From the NCBI GenBank assembly GCA_030390025.1, contig CM059432.1, positions 68,078,001-68,142,000 on the forward strand: DNA of 64,000 bases, read 5' to 3'. The stretch is from Squalus acanthias (taxonomy: Eukaryota). Positions 49,460 to 63,210 of the stretch are shown here, in pieces. The position numbers and the translations under genes were made by a program. How positions within the stretch are numbered: the stretch's first letter is position 1; each line of letters opens with the position of its first letter. The notes beneath the pieces are model-generated. The model saw only the letters and a list, made by a program, of their open reading frames with translations. It made no database searches and was not told where the DNA came from.

Positions 49460-51610
49460 TAGGAACATAAAAACAGGAGTAGGCCATTTATCCGCTCGAG
49501 CTTGTTCCGCCATTCAATGAGATCATGGTTGGTCTGTGACCTAACTCCATATACCCGCCTTTGCCCCATATCCCTTAATACCTTTGGTTAACAAAAATCT
49601 CTCAATCTCAAGATTTAAAATGATCAATTGACCGAGCATCAATTGCCATTTGTGGAGGAGAGTTCCAAACTTCTATCACTGTTTGCGTGTAGAAGTGTTC
49701 CCTAACTTCATTCCTGAAAGATCTGGCTCTAATTTTTAGGCTATGTCCCCTAGTCCTAGATTCCCCAAAAAGAGGAAATAGTTTCTCTCTATCTCCCCTA
49801 TCAATTCCCCTAAATATCTTGAAAACTTCGATCAAATAACCCCTTTACCTTATAAATTCTAGGGAATACAACCCTACTTTGTGTAATCATTTGCCTACAT
49901 TGAACTCCATTTGCCACAGTTTTGCCTATTCACTTAATCTATTAATATCTCTTTATAATTTTATGCTTCCATCTATCACTGCTTACAATGCCGACTATCT
50001 TTGTGTCATCGGCAAACTTGGATATGTGGCTCTCTATCACATCATCAAAGTTGTTAATAAATACAGTGAATAGTTGAGACCCCAACACAGATCCCTGTGG
50101 GACACCCTGGGCTGGATTTTGTGAATGGAGGCAAGTTGGAGGCGGGACTGCTGCTTGTCATGTCAATGTCCCGCCTCCATCCTCGCCTGACCAATCAGAG
50201 GGATTTTCCCCTGATTGACCTTGTTAAGCCCGCCCTGCAGGCTCAGCAGGCCAATTAGGGAGGAAGTCACTGACAGATCACATCAACGTCAGATGTGCTA
50301 TCTGTCAAAACTTCTTGAAAGAAGAAATGACAGCATTTGACAGCTCTGTGAAGCTGTCAAACACTGACATTCTCTTTAGTTTGATGAGACTTTGTGGTGA
50401 GGACTCATCAAACCTTTCAACTTTGTAAATTTCACGTCTGTAGGATCGGAGGATCCAACAGCCATTATGTGAAATTAACAAGGAGAATGTCGGCTCTCCC
50501 CATCCAGCATGGCTAAAGGTTGTAGAAAGAAAACAAGGTAAGTGCACACTTTTTTAAACTTATCACTCACCTTGCATATTTACCACTCCACACTTGCACC
50601 CATCACTCACCTCTACATCTTACTTTCAGGTGCCTCCGACCAGCGTAGACCTCCTCCACGTCTCCTCCAACCCAACGGGGTTCTCCAAGGTCGGGAAGCC
50701 TTCACCTGTGAAGGTAAAATGGCACTAATCTTTTTTTCTGCCTGTTAACTACCTGTTAACAGGCAGTTAAAAGGATTCAATGCCTTTCCCGCCTCCAGGA
50801 GATGGGACCCGAAGCTACACATCTTCCCGCCTCCTGGCAAAAGGGCACGGAGGCGGGATGGGGGCAGGTTTGCCATCCGCCCCCACTTTCTCCGATTTTA
50901 CTGGCTGTCCCGCCTCCATGCCCGCCTCCTCGGGGCTTGGAAAATCCAGCCCCACTAGTCACATCCTGCCAATTAGAATAGCTGACCATTATCCCTGCTC
51001 TCTGTCTCAGCCAATGTCCTCACCCGGTCAATAATTTGCCCTCAATTCCATGAGCTTCAACTTTAGCCAACAGTCTCCTATGAGGGACTTTATCAAATTC
51101 CTTCTGGAAGTCCATATAAATAACATCCATAGACATTCCCCTGTCCTCTACTTTGGTCACCTCTTCAAAAAATTCAATCAGGTTGCCAGGTAAGACCTAC
51201 CCTTTACAAATTCATCTCTCTGATCAGCTGAAAATTTTCAAGGTGTTCAGTCACTCTATCCTTAATTATAGACCCTAATTATAGATGTTAGGCTAACTGA
51301 TTTATAATTCCCTGGTTTCCCTCTCTCACCTTTCTTAAATAGTGGAGTGACATGTGCAATTTTCCAATTTAAAGGAATGGTTCCTGAATCAAGAGAACTT
51401 TGGAAGATTATAGTTAGGGCAGCTGCAATGTTCCCGTCTACTTTCTTTAAATCCCTGGCATGGAAACCATCTGGTCCTGTAGAGTTGTCACTCTTTAGTG
51501 CCATTATTTTCTTCATTACTGTTATTTTGCTTATGTTAATTTTGGTGAGTTCCCGTCTCTGATTCAATATTAGTTTCCTTGGGATGCTATCCTTTTACTT
51601 TACTGTAAAT
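49460..51610 (-). mobile_element. Fragmented CR1 containing a Harbinger-like MITE (50109-50952)
   Basis: CR1 RT remnants on both sides; perfect 12-bp TIR GGGCTGGATTTT/AAAATCCAGCCC. Confidence 0.8.
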
Positions 51611-51818
51611 GCTTCTGGATGTTCATTACTCCAAGATCTGCATAGCCTCCTCCTCCATGATTGAGGGGGTGAATGGAGGCATTCCCCCCCTCCCCCCCCC
51701 CAGAGGTTCAGGGTATCTCCTCTTGTTGTGGGCTATCTTCTCCTGCAGAAAGAGTTGCCGAAAGTTACTATTACTTTGTAAACTGATGCTCAGAAGCATG
51801 AGGCTTCCTCGTCTAGAG

Positions 51819-52522
51819 CAGTGGTTCTCAAACTGGGATCAGCCGTCACCTGGCGGCCCATAGAGACTTTCCAGGGGGTTCACGACTGGAGGTAATTTCA
51901 AGCCTGCTCTTCTTTACAAAACCGACACTGATTCAGTTCTTGCGAATTATTCTCAACAGCTGGGCCCACCTCCTCACAGACGTCCAAAGCTCTCACTCAC
52001 TTTGCAACGAGCGCTCCCTGCGGTCGAGCCGATTCCTCTCCCTGGTGCCACGACCCTGTGCCATCCTCCCGACGTGTGATCAGAGCGCCTGCGGGGCCCT
52101 TCAAACATGTGCCTGAACATGTTCACGCAAACATGTACAATCCCACAGTGCCGCTGTTACAAAAGATGCCAGTGGGACAGTATGGTGGTGAGTCATGCTT
52201 CCAGCAGCATCCCAGCATGTGCATGGGTGCTTGTGCCCTCACTCACCTTGGCCAGCCTGCTGATGGCTTTAAAAATTGTCCAGCACTAAGTGGCTAATAG
52301 TGGTCATCTGTTGCTGTGGAGTACCTTGAATTGGTGTGAGAAGCTGGCACACACATATCACTGATAGCTGTAAGTAAATACCTGTTTTTCTAAACGCATT
52401 AATAAAACACTCTTTACATGCAGCACTTACATATTATGAGTATTAGATGGGGGGGGGGGGGTCCGTGATTATTAATCCATTTGAAAAGGGGTCCTTCAAT
52501 CAAAAAAGTTTGAGAACCACTG
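51819..52522. mobile_element. hAT (Charlie-like) MITE
   Basis: Perfect 16-bp TIR CAGTGGTTCTCAAACT; 8-bp TSD GTCTAGAG/CTCCAGAG (NTCTAGAN-type). Confidence 0.88.
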
Positions 52523-53100
52523 CTCCAGAGAGCATGCCAAGAGAGAGAAGCAGCAAGTTTTGAGAATGGGGAAGTGCTCTTGTGCAAGAGAGTGGCTGCA
52601 GTGAGAAAAGTTGGAAGCAAATAGCAGAAGAGCGAAAGGCCTTGCAGTTATGACCAGGTGAACCCAGGCTGCTGTTTGTGACTGTTGTGAGGACACAAGC
52701 AGCAGGTGAGTGTTTGCAATGAGGAGTGCTGCTGTGAGTGGAGAAGTAGTACGCAGAGTGTGGGGGAGGAGTTTAGCGTGCTTGTGGGGGGTGGTGATGC
52801 CAAAAATCCATGGAAAGGTGTGACACATATAAATGGAGACAGGAAGACCTGCATCTCACACTTGCTGTCGTGGTCAAATTATTAAACCTTTTCCTGCACT
52901 GAACCCAGATCCTCGGGGTGATGCTGCAGATGCAGACGACTTCAGCAACCTCTTTCCAGGATTGCTGCTGTGTCTGCTTTGGAACCCTGGGGAAGACGAT
53001 CTGCCTCCATTCCAGCACTTGCTCCACCAGGACAGCCACTGCCATGTGATCAGGTGGCCAGTTCGATGGCCCGAACACTACCAGGGAGGAAATCTACCCC
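52523..53100 (-). mobile_element. Harbinger end with Myb/SANT exon remnant
   Basis: WKEVAEVV..PRIWVQCRKRFNNL; terminus AAATCTACCCC. Confidence 0.7.
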
Positions 53101-56100
53101 ATGAAGTCCAGGAATTTAGTACAAGGTTTCAAACAAACTTCTTTTGAAGAAGGCATTTAAAGGATAATTTTCTTCATAAATTATGTTTATAATTTCTCGG
53201 ATTTATAAATGGCCTTCACGTATAAGATTTTTAAAGGTTATGACTTGTGGAATTAATAGCAAATTATCTAGCTGAATTGATAACTGGCTTGACAATATTA
53301 ACCAGAACATGGTGATAAATGGGAAAAAAGGTCCATCTAAGGGTCAGTGGCGAGGGAAGGTAGAATTTTGAAATCCTTGTATCTCGCATACCATAAGCAT
53401 GCATCAGAATTTTCTATGTGCCCTTATGGAGTGTAAGGCACAATTGAAAAATCTACCCTATGGAGGTTTACAAGGATCTGTTCTGGTCCTTTGTTCATGA
53501 TACATTAACAGTCTGGAGGACAGGGCCTCTAGTAAAATGACATTTACTGATGATACCAAGCTATATGGACATGAAGGGATGCAAGAAGTGTTCTCCAGCA
53601 ACTTCCATATCTAAGCATGCATGAAAGATTGTGGTCACAGCTTTTGCTATATCCTTGTTGACTTCCCTCAGCATTCTATGATGTGTCTCGCCTGAACCAG
53701 CGCCATTTCCACCTTGATTTCCACCAATTTTCTTCTTTGCTATAGTTATATCTAATTGCTGCACCACTTCCTCTTGTGTCCTTTCATTCCCACTACCCCT
53801 CTCTTCTTTGAAACTGGGGCAAAGTATTCATTTAGTATCTCTGCCATTCCTTCAACCTCCATAATAAAAATTCCTTTTTCATTCTAAATAAGCCCTATCC
53901 TTTCTTTAACTATACTTTTTATGCATTTATAAAATTTGTTACTAAGATTTATTTTAAAAGACTTTTATGTCGCAGTTAAAAACAGAGTTTAAACTTAATG
54001 CCTATATTCTGAGTTTAGCCCCACAAGCCTGTTCCACCATTCAATGAAATCATGGCTGCTCTGTGACCTAACTCCATATACCCACCTTTACCCCATATCT
54101 CTGAATACTTTTGGTTAACAAAAATCTATCAATCTCAGATTTAAAATTAACAAGTGCCCTAGCATCAACTGCCATTTTCAGAAAAGTTCCAAACTTCTAC
54201 CATCCTCATGTGTTTCCTAACTTCACTCCTGAAAATCCTGTCTCTAATATTTAGACTATGCCCCCTAGTCCTAGACTCCCCAACCAGCAGAAATAGTTTC
54301 TCTCTATCTACCCTATCAGATCCCCTTAATATCTTGAAAACTTCGATCAAATCACCCCTTAATCTTTATTCCAGGGAATGCAACATTGTTTGCGCAGTCT
54401 TATTTCGCAATTTTTCTTTCCCGTTTCTCTCAACTAGTTCCCTTTTTTTTATTCTATTGAAATTAACTTTTTTCAGTCAAATATCTATCTTTGATCTTTG
54501 CCTCTCCATTTCAGTTTTTATATCAAATCCAATTATTTATGGTTGCTGTTTCCCAGATGTTCCCTACCCTTACATCAGTTACTTCACTTTCTATAACTTG
54601 ACCCAGACTGCCTCTTGACAAAAACATACTGACCTAAAAAGCAGTCCTAGACACACTGTACAGACCCCTCCCTTTCTCTGCCATTTACATCAGATGCAAA
54701 AAAAGATGGGGAATGCAAAAAACCTGGCAAGATAAGACTACCGGACAATATTGCGTGTCACAAAGTGTCACCTTTCAATCTGTTCTACATTGACTGCTCA
54801 CTTGAGCCAATCCCTCATACAGCCATACAGCTCCTTCACAGCATATGATGCATACTCGTACTCCAGCGGGGCACATTCACAAACTGCAACTTATAACCAA
54901 AAGCCTTAGCACACTTGACATCTTCAAAGGGTTTCACGCATCAAATCATTGTAACACAACCTATCTGCATAATTACTGCTGTCTAGAATGGTCACATCTG
55001 TCGTTGTGTAGATGCTTCTTCAACTTGCATCACAAGATGGCACATAATTCAAGGATACAGACCTGGAACGATTGACATCCGGGTGCATATCTTTTTTCAT
55101 CTTGTACCATTTCAAACATGAAAGACTGTATTTGAGGCATATCCAAAAACCCTGTATCATTAATCTCAGTTTATCAAGACCATGGGACACTGCAACTTGC
55201 ACCTAGATGGCTTGTAGCTGCCTTAGCTTTAGAACAGTGTTGTGACTCAAGAAAGTAGGTTGGCTACAGCAAACATATGAAGACAGAAATAAACTAACTG
55301 CTTGGGACAAATACTCTCATGAACCAGAAATCCAAGCAGATCTAAAGTCAAATTGTTTACCCATAAAGATTTGTTCATTTCAAGCTCACAAGCTTAGATT
55401 TGTTTAAAATATTGCAGTATTTTGTTATTTCCAATGAAAAAGCTGATTAAAATAGTAATAAGGGAATATTGATGCACTTCATTAAAAAGGGTTACTTAGT
55501 AAAGTTTACAGGCATATATAAGGTTTCACCAGAAAGAGTTGCAAGCTGACCTAGATGTGATTAGCTGGAAATTTAGTCCTCTGTACTTTTATTTAAAGTG
55601 AACAACCTTCAACAGTGCTTAGAATTTCTTTAAAAATGAAAGAATTTGACTTAGCACTGATTACCTGGATATAAGGTGTTCAGGAAAGATATGGAAGGAA
55701 AGAAAGGCAGTGGCAGTATTGATTAAGGAGAATATTACAGTGCTGGAGAGAGAGGATGTCCTGGAGGGGTCAAGGACAGAATCTATTTGGTTAGAGTCAA
55801 GAAACAATAGAGGTGCAATTACACTACTAGGTGTATTCTCGTGGGAAGGATATAGAGGAGAAAATTTGCAGGGAAATTACAGCGACTATAGAGTCGTGAT
55901 AATGGGGGACTTCAACTATCCTAATATAGACAGGGATAGTAATAGTGTAAAGGGCAGAGAGGGGGAAGAATTTCTGAAGTGTGTTCAGGAGAACTTTCGG
56001 CCCAATGAGGAAGAAGGCATTGCTGGATCTGGTTCCGGGGAATGAGGTGGGCCAAGTGTCAGTAGGGGAACAGTGATCATAGTAATCATAAGGTTTAGTT

Positions 56101-56856
56101 TAGCTATGGAAAAGGACAGGGAGCAATCTAGAGTAAAAATACTTAATTGGAGAAAGGCCAATTTCAGTGAGTTGAGAATGGATCTGGCCCGGATAAATTG
56201 GAGTCAAAGACTGGCAGGTAAAACTGTAATCAAACAATGGGCTGTCTTTAAAGAGATGGTTCGGGTACAGTCGAGGTACATTCCCACGAGGGGGAAAGGT
56301 AGGGAAACCAAAGTCTGAGCTCCATGGATGATGAAAAAGATAGAGTAAGATGAAGCAGAAAAACGGGCGTATGACTGATGTCAGGTTGAGACTACAAATG
56401 AGAACCAGGCTGAATATAGAAAGTTCAGAGGGGAAGTGAAAAATAAGAAGGGCAAGAGAGAGTATGAGAATAGATTGGCAGCTAACATAAAAGGGAATCC
56501 AAAAGTCTTCTATAGGCATATAAATAGTTAACGGGTGGTAAGGGGGTGGGGCCAATTAGGGACCAAAAAGACCTATGCATGGAGGCAGAGGGCATGGCTG
56601 AGGTACTAAATGAGTACTTTGCATCTGTCTTTACCAAGTAAGAAGGTGCTGCCAAAGGTCATAGTGAAAGAGGAGGTAGTTGAGATACTGGATGGGATAA
56701 AAATTGATAAAGAGGTACTAGAAAGGGATGCATCCTAGGATGCTGAGGGAAGTTAAGGTGGAAATTACGGAGGTACTGGCCATAATCTTCCAATCCTCCT
56801 TAGATACGGGATTGGTGCCAGAGAACTGGAGAATTGCAAATGTTACACCCTAGTAA

Positions 56857-56929
56857 GCCCGTCTAGGTCAGTCGGTAGAGCATGAGACTCTTAATCTCAG
56901 GGTCGTTGGTTCAATCCCCACGTTGGGCG
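56857..56929 (+). tRNA. tRNA-Lys(CTT)-derived copy, a few substitutions, no CCA (probably a retrocopy)
   Basis: GCCCGTCTAGGTCAGTCGGTAGAGCATGAGACTCTTAATCTCAGGGTCGTTGGTTCAATCCCCACGTTGGGCG closely matches vertebrate tRNA-Lys-CTT. Confidence 0.92.
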
Positions 56930-57902
56930 ATTTAACTTTGGCGCCGGAGGAGCTGGTGCAGCGCCTGTCCTGGGCCAACGTCCGGCTCACGGACAAAGCC
57001 ATCGAATTGCTGAAAGTGGCACTGGGCCCTGACTCCACTAGGTGTATCAAGGAGGCTCAAGCATGTGGGGCGATCCCGTCCGAATTGATCCCCGTTCAGA
57101 CGGAATTCCTCATCGAAACCCCTCTCAGGAACCGGCGCCTCACAACTTGAGCCGTCTTGGGGAAATGCCCTCCGTTCCTTTTCATTCTGCATGGAGGGGT
57201 TCCCTGTACGGGCTGCTCCTGCACACTCTCCACTTTGCCATCTTCGTCTGCCGTCCGGACACGCCTTGGCGTGCCATCTTGCCATCCGGCGGAGGTCCCC
57301 AATGGAGGGCTCTCTATGCAGGAGTCCTCCCTTTATCTATTGGGGACTTGGCCTGGAGGGTGTTGCACGGAGCAGTCCCGTGCAATAAAGTTTTAAACAG
57401 GTTCACAGACTCCCAGGCCACCTGCCTTTTCTGCGGCCTGGAGGAGTCTGTTTTTCATGTATATATGGAGTGAGAGAGTCTGCAGCCCCTCTTCCATTAT
57501 TTGAAGGGGCTGCTCCTCGATTTTTGGCTGCACTTCAGTCCCACGCTCCTGATCTTTGGTCAGCCAGTGCGGGGGGAGCGGGCAGATCGGAGGACCTCCT
57601 CATAGGACTGCTCCTGGGCCTGGCCAAAGTGGCCATTAACTGGTCCAGGCAGCAGGCAGTTGAGGGGGTCGTTCGGCCCGATTGCCTGCTTCTCTTCCGC
57701 GGCCATGTTCGCGCTTGGATGGCCCTGGCGATGGAGCACGCGGTGTCCGCCGGCACGCTCGAGGCCTTCCGCGACCGGTGGGCGCCGCGGGGACTGGAGT
57801 GCATCATCACCCCGGCCAATGAAATTTTTATTTAATTTGTTAAGTTTTATTTAAAGTTATTTTAGTTACAGTCCATTTGTTTAAACACCCCATCAGAAAG
57901 AG
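56930..57902 (+). mobile_element. 3' fragment of Tx1/L1-clade LINE ORF2 (CCHC zinc-binding domain) and 3' UTR
   Basis: GDLAWRVLHGAV..CLFCGLEESVFHVYME..; stop 57835; T-rich UTR. Confidence 0.82.
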
Positions 57903-59365
57903 TACACCCTTGTTCAAAAAAGGGTGCAAGAATAAATCCAGCAACTACAGAACAGTCAGTTTAACCTCGGTAGTGGGGAAGCTTTGAGAAACGATAATCC
58001 AGGACAAAATTAGCAGTCACTTGGAAAAGTGTGTATTAATTAAGGAAAGCCAGCATGGATTTGTTAAAGGCAAATCATGTTTAACTAACTTGATTTGAGT
58101 TTTTTGAAGAGGTAACAGAGAGGTTGATGTGGTGTACATGGACTTCCAAAAAGGCTTTTGATGAAGTGTCACATAATAGGCTTGCCAGCAAAGTTGAAGC
58201 CCATGGAATAAAAGGGACAGTGGCAGCATGGATATGAAATTAGCTAAGTGATAGGAAACAGAGAGTAGTGGTGAACAGTTGTTTTTTTGGACTGGAGGAA
58301 GGTATACAGTGGTGTTCCCCAGGGGTAAGTACTAGGACCACTGCTTTTTTTGATATATATTAATGACTTGGATTTGAGTGTACAGGGCACAATTTCAAAA
58401 TTTGCAGATGACACAAAACTTGGAAGTATAGTGAACAGTGAGGAGGATAGTGATAGACTTCAAGACATAGACATAGGCTGGTGAAATGGGCAGACACGTG
58501 GCAGATGAAATTTAATGCGAAAAAGTGAGAAATTATACATTTTGGTAGGAAGAACGAGAAGAGGCAATATAAAGGGTACAATTCTAAAGGGGATGCATGA
58601 ACAAAGAGACCTGGGGGTATATGTGCACAAATCGTTGAAGGTGGCAGGGCAGGTTGAGAAAGTGGTTAAAAAAAGCATACGGGATCCTGGGCTTTATAAA
58701 TAGAGGCATAAGAGTACAAAAAGCAAGGAAGTTACGATGAACCTTTATAAAACACTGGTTCGGTCTCAACTGGAGTAGTGTGTCCAATTCTGGGCACTGC
58801 ACTTTAGGAAGGAAGTGAAGGCCTTAGAGAGGGTGCAGAAAAGATTTACAAGAATGGTTCCAGGGATGAGGGACTTCAGTTACAGGGATAGACTGGAGAA
58901 GCTGGGGTTATTCTCCTTAGAGAAGGTTGAGAGGAGATTTGATAGAGGTGTTCAAAATCATGAGGGATCTGGACAGTAGATAGAAACTGTTCCCATTGGC
59001 AGAAGGGTAGAGAACCAGAAGACACAGATTTAAGGTGATTGGCAGAAGATCCAAAGGCAACATTAAGAAAAACAGTGGTTAGGATCTGGAATGCACTGCC
59101 TGAGAGGGTGGTGGAGGCAGATTCAATTGTGGCTTTCAAAAGGGAATTGTTTAAGTACCTGAAGGAAAAAAAAAATTGTAGGGCCACAGGGAAAGGGCGG
59201 GGCATGGAACTAGCTGAAGTGCTCTTGCAGAGAGCTAGCATGGGCCCAAAGGACCGAATGGCCTCCTTCTGTGCTGTAACCATTCTATGATTCTATAGAT
59301 ACTTGATAGATCCTGCAAAAGTGTAGTAATATTCTGTCTTCCCTATCCCAGCTAAAATCTAGGAT

Positions 59366-59449
59366 CTATTCTCATCTTTATCTTGACTGGATGGAGCGTT
59401 ATAGAAAAATTTCATCTGCTCCATCCAGTCAAGATAAAGATGAGAATAG
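59366..59449. repeat. Perfect inverted repeat, 32-bp arms, 20-nt loop
   Basis: CTATTCTCATCTTTATCTTGACTGGATGGAGC (59366-59397) is the exact reverse complement of 59418-59449. Confidence 0.97.
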
Positions 59450-62439
59450 CTTCCACTGCTTTATTTTATAAAGTATTGTCTATGTTGGAAAAATAATTAA
59501 AACTACCCCTCACCACTCCATCGTGTCTTTGCCCATTTTTAGGTGCCCCTGATTTTCTGCAGGCAGGGTCCAGGGATGTCTAATATATGGGTGGCTATAT
59601 TATAAACCGATGCAAATGAAGGAAACACATCCCTCAACATATTTGCATCATTTGCACCATAGCAATTCTGCATGCCAGGGATGCCTTTTTTAACATGAAA
59701 TAGCCTATTAGTACGATGCAGTTGGAGGCAGATCCCTCAAATTTAACCCTGGTGATACATACTTGTTCCTGGTTCGGTAAGTGATAAACACACAATTCAA
59801 AATTTTGAGTTAAAGGGACCGATTTCCAGTCGGCAATAGCATCTGAACAAAAGTTTCAGAGGGAGAAGTGGTAAAGCCTAGCCTCTGTTATTTGGGGATA
59901 GCTTTTTGGATCGATACAGATAATAAGTGCATTAGCAGCTGCTCCTGTGTTCCTCTGATCCCCAGTAGTCAAGACACCAAAACAATCAAGGGGAAATTAA
60001 CTCCACAGTGGACCATTCTGCAGGCAGGAGGAGATACAACACAATACAGCAACATATTTTATTATTTTTACATCTTGCTATGCAATTATCAATATTGGTG
60101 GTAAATCATCAACTTGCAACCATAATGACAGTATGTAGTTCCTGTATGTTACATGATGTGATCTTCATCAACAATCTATTTCAGGCAGTAAGTATGCTAC
60201 ATTTCCCTAGCTATTATTTTTTTTCTCCAAATAGTCTCATTGTAAAATTACATACAATTGAAGGTGAAGGAAATTTAGTATGTTCAGTTGTAAATGTAAA
60301 GGAATTTGACTTTCCAGTTTAATTGTAAAATATAATTTACTTGATGGTTCCAATAGTGGCATAAGGCTTTTGTTTTAAAAAATCATGAATCAATGCCTCC
60401 ACTGCAAGCAACACTGAACCCATTTATAATGTTCTGTAGTGCTTCAAAAATTGATTCTGACATAAAACCATAAAGGTTAAATGTTGTCTATCTAATGATT
60501 TCAGGTCCACAGAGGAAGTTGTTTAATTAATAATTGATCACTATATTGATATTGGTGTTAATCATTGAGAAGATACAGACAGTACAAAACATGATACACA
60601 GCAGATAATTGTATTTTACAGTATGCTCAGATCATTTTTTCATTGGAAATGTTACTGTAAAATCATACTTGACTAAGACGCAAATAACAGACAACTAGTT
60701 CAAACAATGGCCCTTTCAGGTTACTCATTATGCACATACTTTAATGCCAAATACAGTAAGCTGTTTCATTTAATCAGGATTTATTTTCTATTTTGCTAAA
60801 TACATTACACTATAAAGAAATGCAGCATGTGGACATATGAAAAACACCATTATCCATCAAGATATTATATGCTTAGTTCAATATATTCAGAAACACGCTT
60901 AGTTATACCCTAGAAACAACCAGCCAATGCAATTTAGCACAGACTGCAACAGTGATATGACCATTCAGCTTCTGGTGGTGACAGTTGGTGGTTGTTCTGA
61001 CTGAAGCTGTTTCCCAAGGTACTCCCTGAAAATAAATGGATAAGGGTTACCATGCTTGTTTTTAAAGAACAAACATTGTCCGTTAAAATGCAAAGCCCTT
61101 TTTATTGCATACAAAAATGTATTACACATTTCATTCTAAAAGTGCGAGCAGAGAGCAGTACCAGGTGTACAAAATTAAAGCTTAAAAAAATAAATAATTC
61201 TTTACTTTTTAAAAGGGGGAAAACAGAATTCTTACCAATATGGCAGAGTCAGAGCTAATAAGGGAAAAATTCTTGCTCTGCACCACCACTTAGTAGCCAG
61301 AATACAGAACTGCAGCATCATTTCATCATTGACAGTCGCACTCCATTCACAAGTCCTATTAATCTAGTGTTACTATCACAACAAAAGGGTTACATAACAC
61401 TTTTCAATGGAATGTGGCAGGTCAAAGAAAATTTGATGATATACATTTTTCTCACCAGTTCCACTTCCCCAAGCCTGAAACCAAGGGAGATGGGGGGGGC
61501 CTGGTTTTAGCCATCCACCAATACATGGCTGTGATAAGGTACATGAAGGGGTTCAAGGACAACTCCCTTTTAAAACAATACAACTGTTATTAACTCAGCA
61601 GCATGGAGGAACTGAATTTGTACTCTTCAGTGGCACAGTACAGTAAACCATGCACATCAATAATCATTTTTAATGGATTAAACTAGATAAGAAACTATAG
61701 AAAATAAATAATTTTAACTACAGATTATCTATTTGCATTACTAGTTTTCAAAAAGTATATAATTTAGCTCAATATAAAAAAAATTAGGTCCAAGGAGCTC
61801 TGCAAGAGTAAATACCAGTACTGCATCAGGAGGAATGCAGATCTGGACTAAGAACTAGTCCCATTCAAATTTCATTAAACTGTTTTTTTAAGGCAAGACT
61901 AAAATGTTGTAATTATTTTTTTTACTCAAAATGGCATAACCTGATTTAGTTTTCTACAGATTTACATCAATAATACAACATAACTCAAGTAATTCTTCAT
62001 CAAAAAAATCTGCTGCCAGCAGTGTGGAAAATGTTACCTACTGTAGATAGTCACTGTTAACATGGATCTACAGTATCTATCTTAGAAAGGAGTGCGTCTG
62101 GGTGAAGATTATCCAGAGGAATCAGTCAATAATGTTCAAAGCATTTCTACTGAAAGACGAAAGAGTTAGTGCTGCCTGGGACCAGAACCATAAGTTGGAA
62201 GAAGCACTCAGTACTGCCCATGGCAGCATTCACTGAAAGAAACTTGAAATGTCAATTGGTGAAATTGGGAGCAAATTAGTTCCAAGAACTCTGGACAGGA
62301 GGTCAAACTTAAGGGAATTATAAAATAATTATTAATAAAATGTAATCACTGTTGTAATGCAAGACCAGCAGCACAATTTGAAAATAATCCATTGGCTGAG
62401 AATGCTATATAAATGTAACACTGAGAATGCGAGAGAAAT

Positions 62440-63210
62440 GTAACAGCTCTCATCAAAGTCACAAATGACATCCTTTGTGATTGTGACGAAGGTAAATTAT
62501 ACCTCCTCGTCCTGTCTGCAGCCTTTGACACGGTTGACCACTCCATCCTCCTTCAACGCCTCTCCACCATCTTCCAGCTGGGTGGGACTGAACTCGCCTA
62601 GTTCCATTCTTTTCTATCTTATCGTAGTCAGAAAATCACCTGCAATGGCTTCTCTTCGCACTCACACATCGTTACGTCTGGGGTCCCCCAAGGATCTATC
62701 CTTGGCCTCTTCCTATTTCTCATCTACATGCTGCCCCTTGGCGACATCACCCAAAAACACAGCGTCAGTTTCCACATGTATGGCGACGACACCCAGCTCT
62801 ACCTCACCAGCACTTCTCTTGAACCCTCCACGGTCTCTAAATTGACATACTGCTTGTCCGACATCCAGTGCTGGATGAGCAGAAATTGTCTCCAATTAAA
62901 TATTGGGAAGACCAAAGCCATTGCTTTCATGCCCCGCCACAAACTCCGTTCCCTAGCCACCGACTTCATCCCTCTCCCAAGCATCTGTCGGAGGCTGAAC
63001 CAGACTGCTTGCAACCTTGGTGTCATATTTGACCGTGAAATGAGCTTCCGACCACATATCCGTGGCATAATTAAGACCGCCTATTTCCACCTCCATAACA
63101 TTGCCCGTCTCTGCCCCTACTTCAGCTCATCTGCTGCTGAAACTCTCATCCATGCCTTTGTTACCTCTAGACTTGACTATTCCAACACACTCCTGGCTGG
63201 CCTCCCAAAT
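62440..63210 (+). mobile_element. L2-clade LINE RT fragment
   Basis: [47 protein letters not shown]. Confidence 0.88.

Larger units (their letters stand above)
55660..59297 (+). mobile_element. Decayed CR1 ORF2 + 3' UTR, interrupted by tRNA-Tx1 insertion
   Basis: Endonuclease/RT remnants; CATTCTATGATTCTAT tail. Confidence 0.88.

Noticed and set aside
56857..56929. Functional tRNA-Lys gene
   Set aside because: Substitutions in stems, no immediate T4+ terminator, and enclosed in a TSD-flanked insertion
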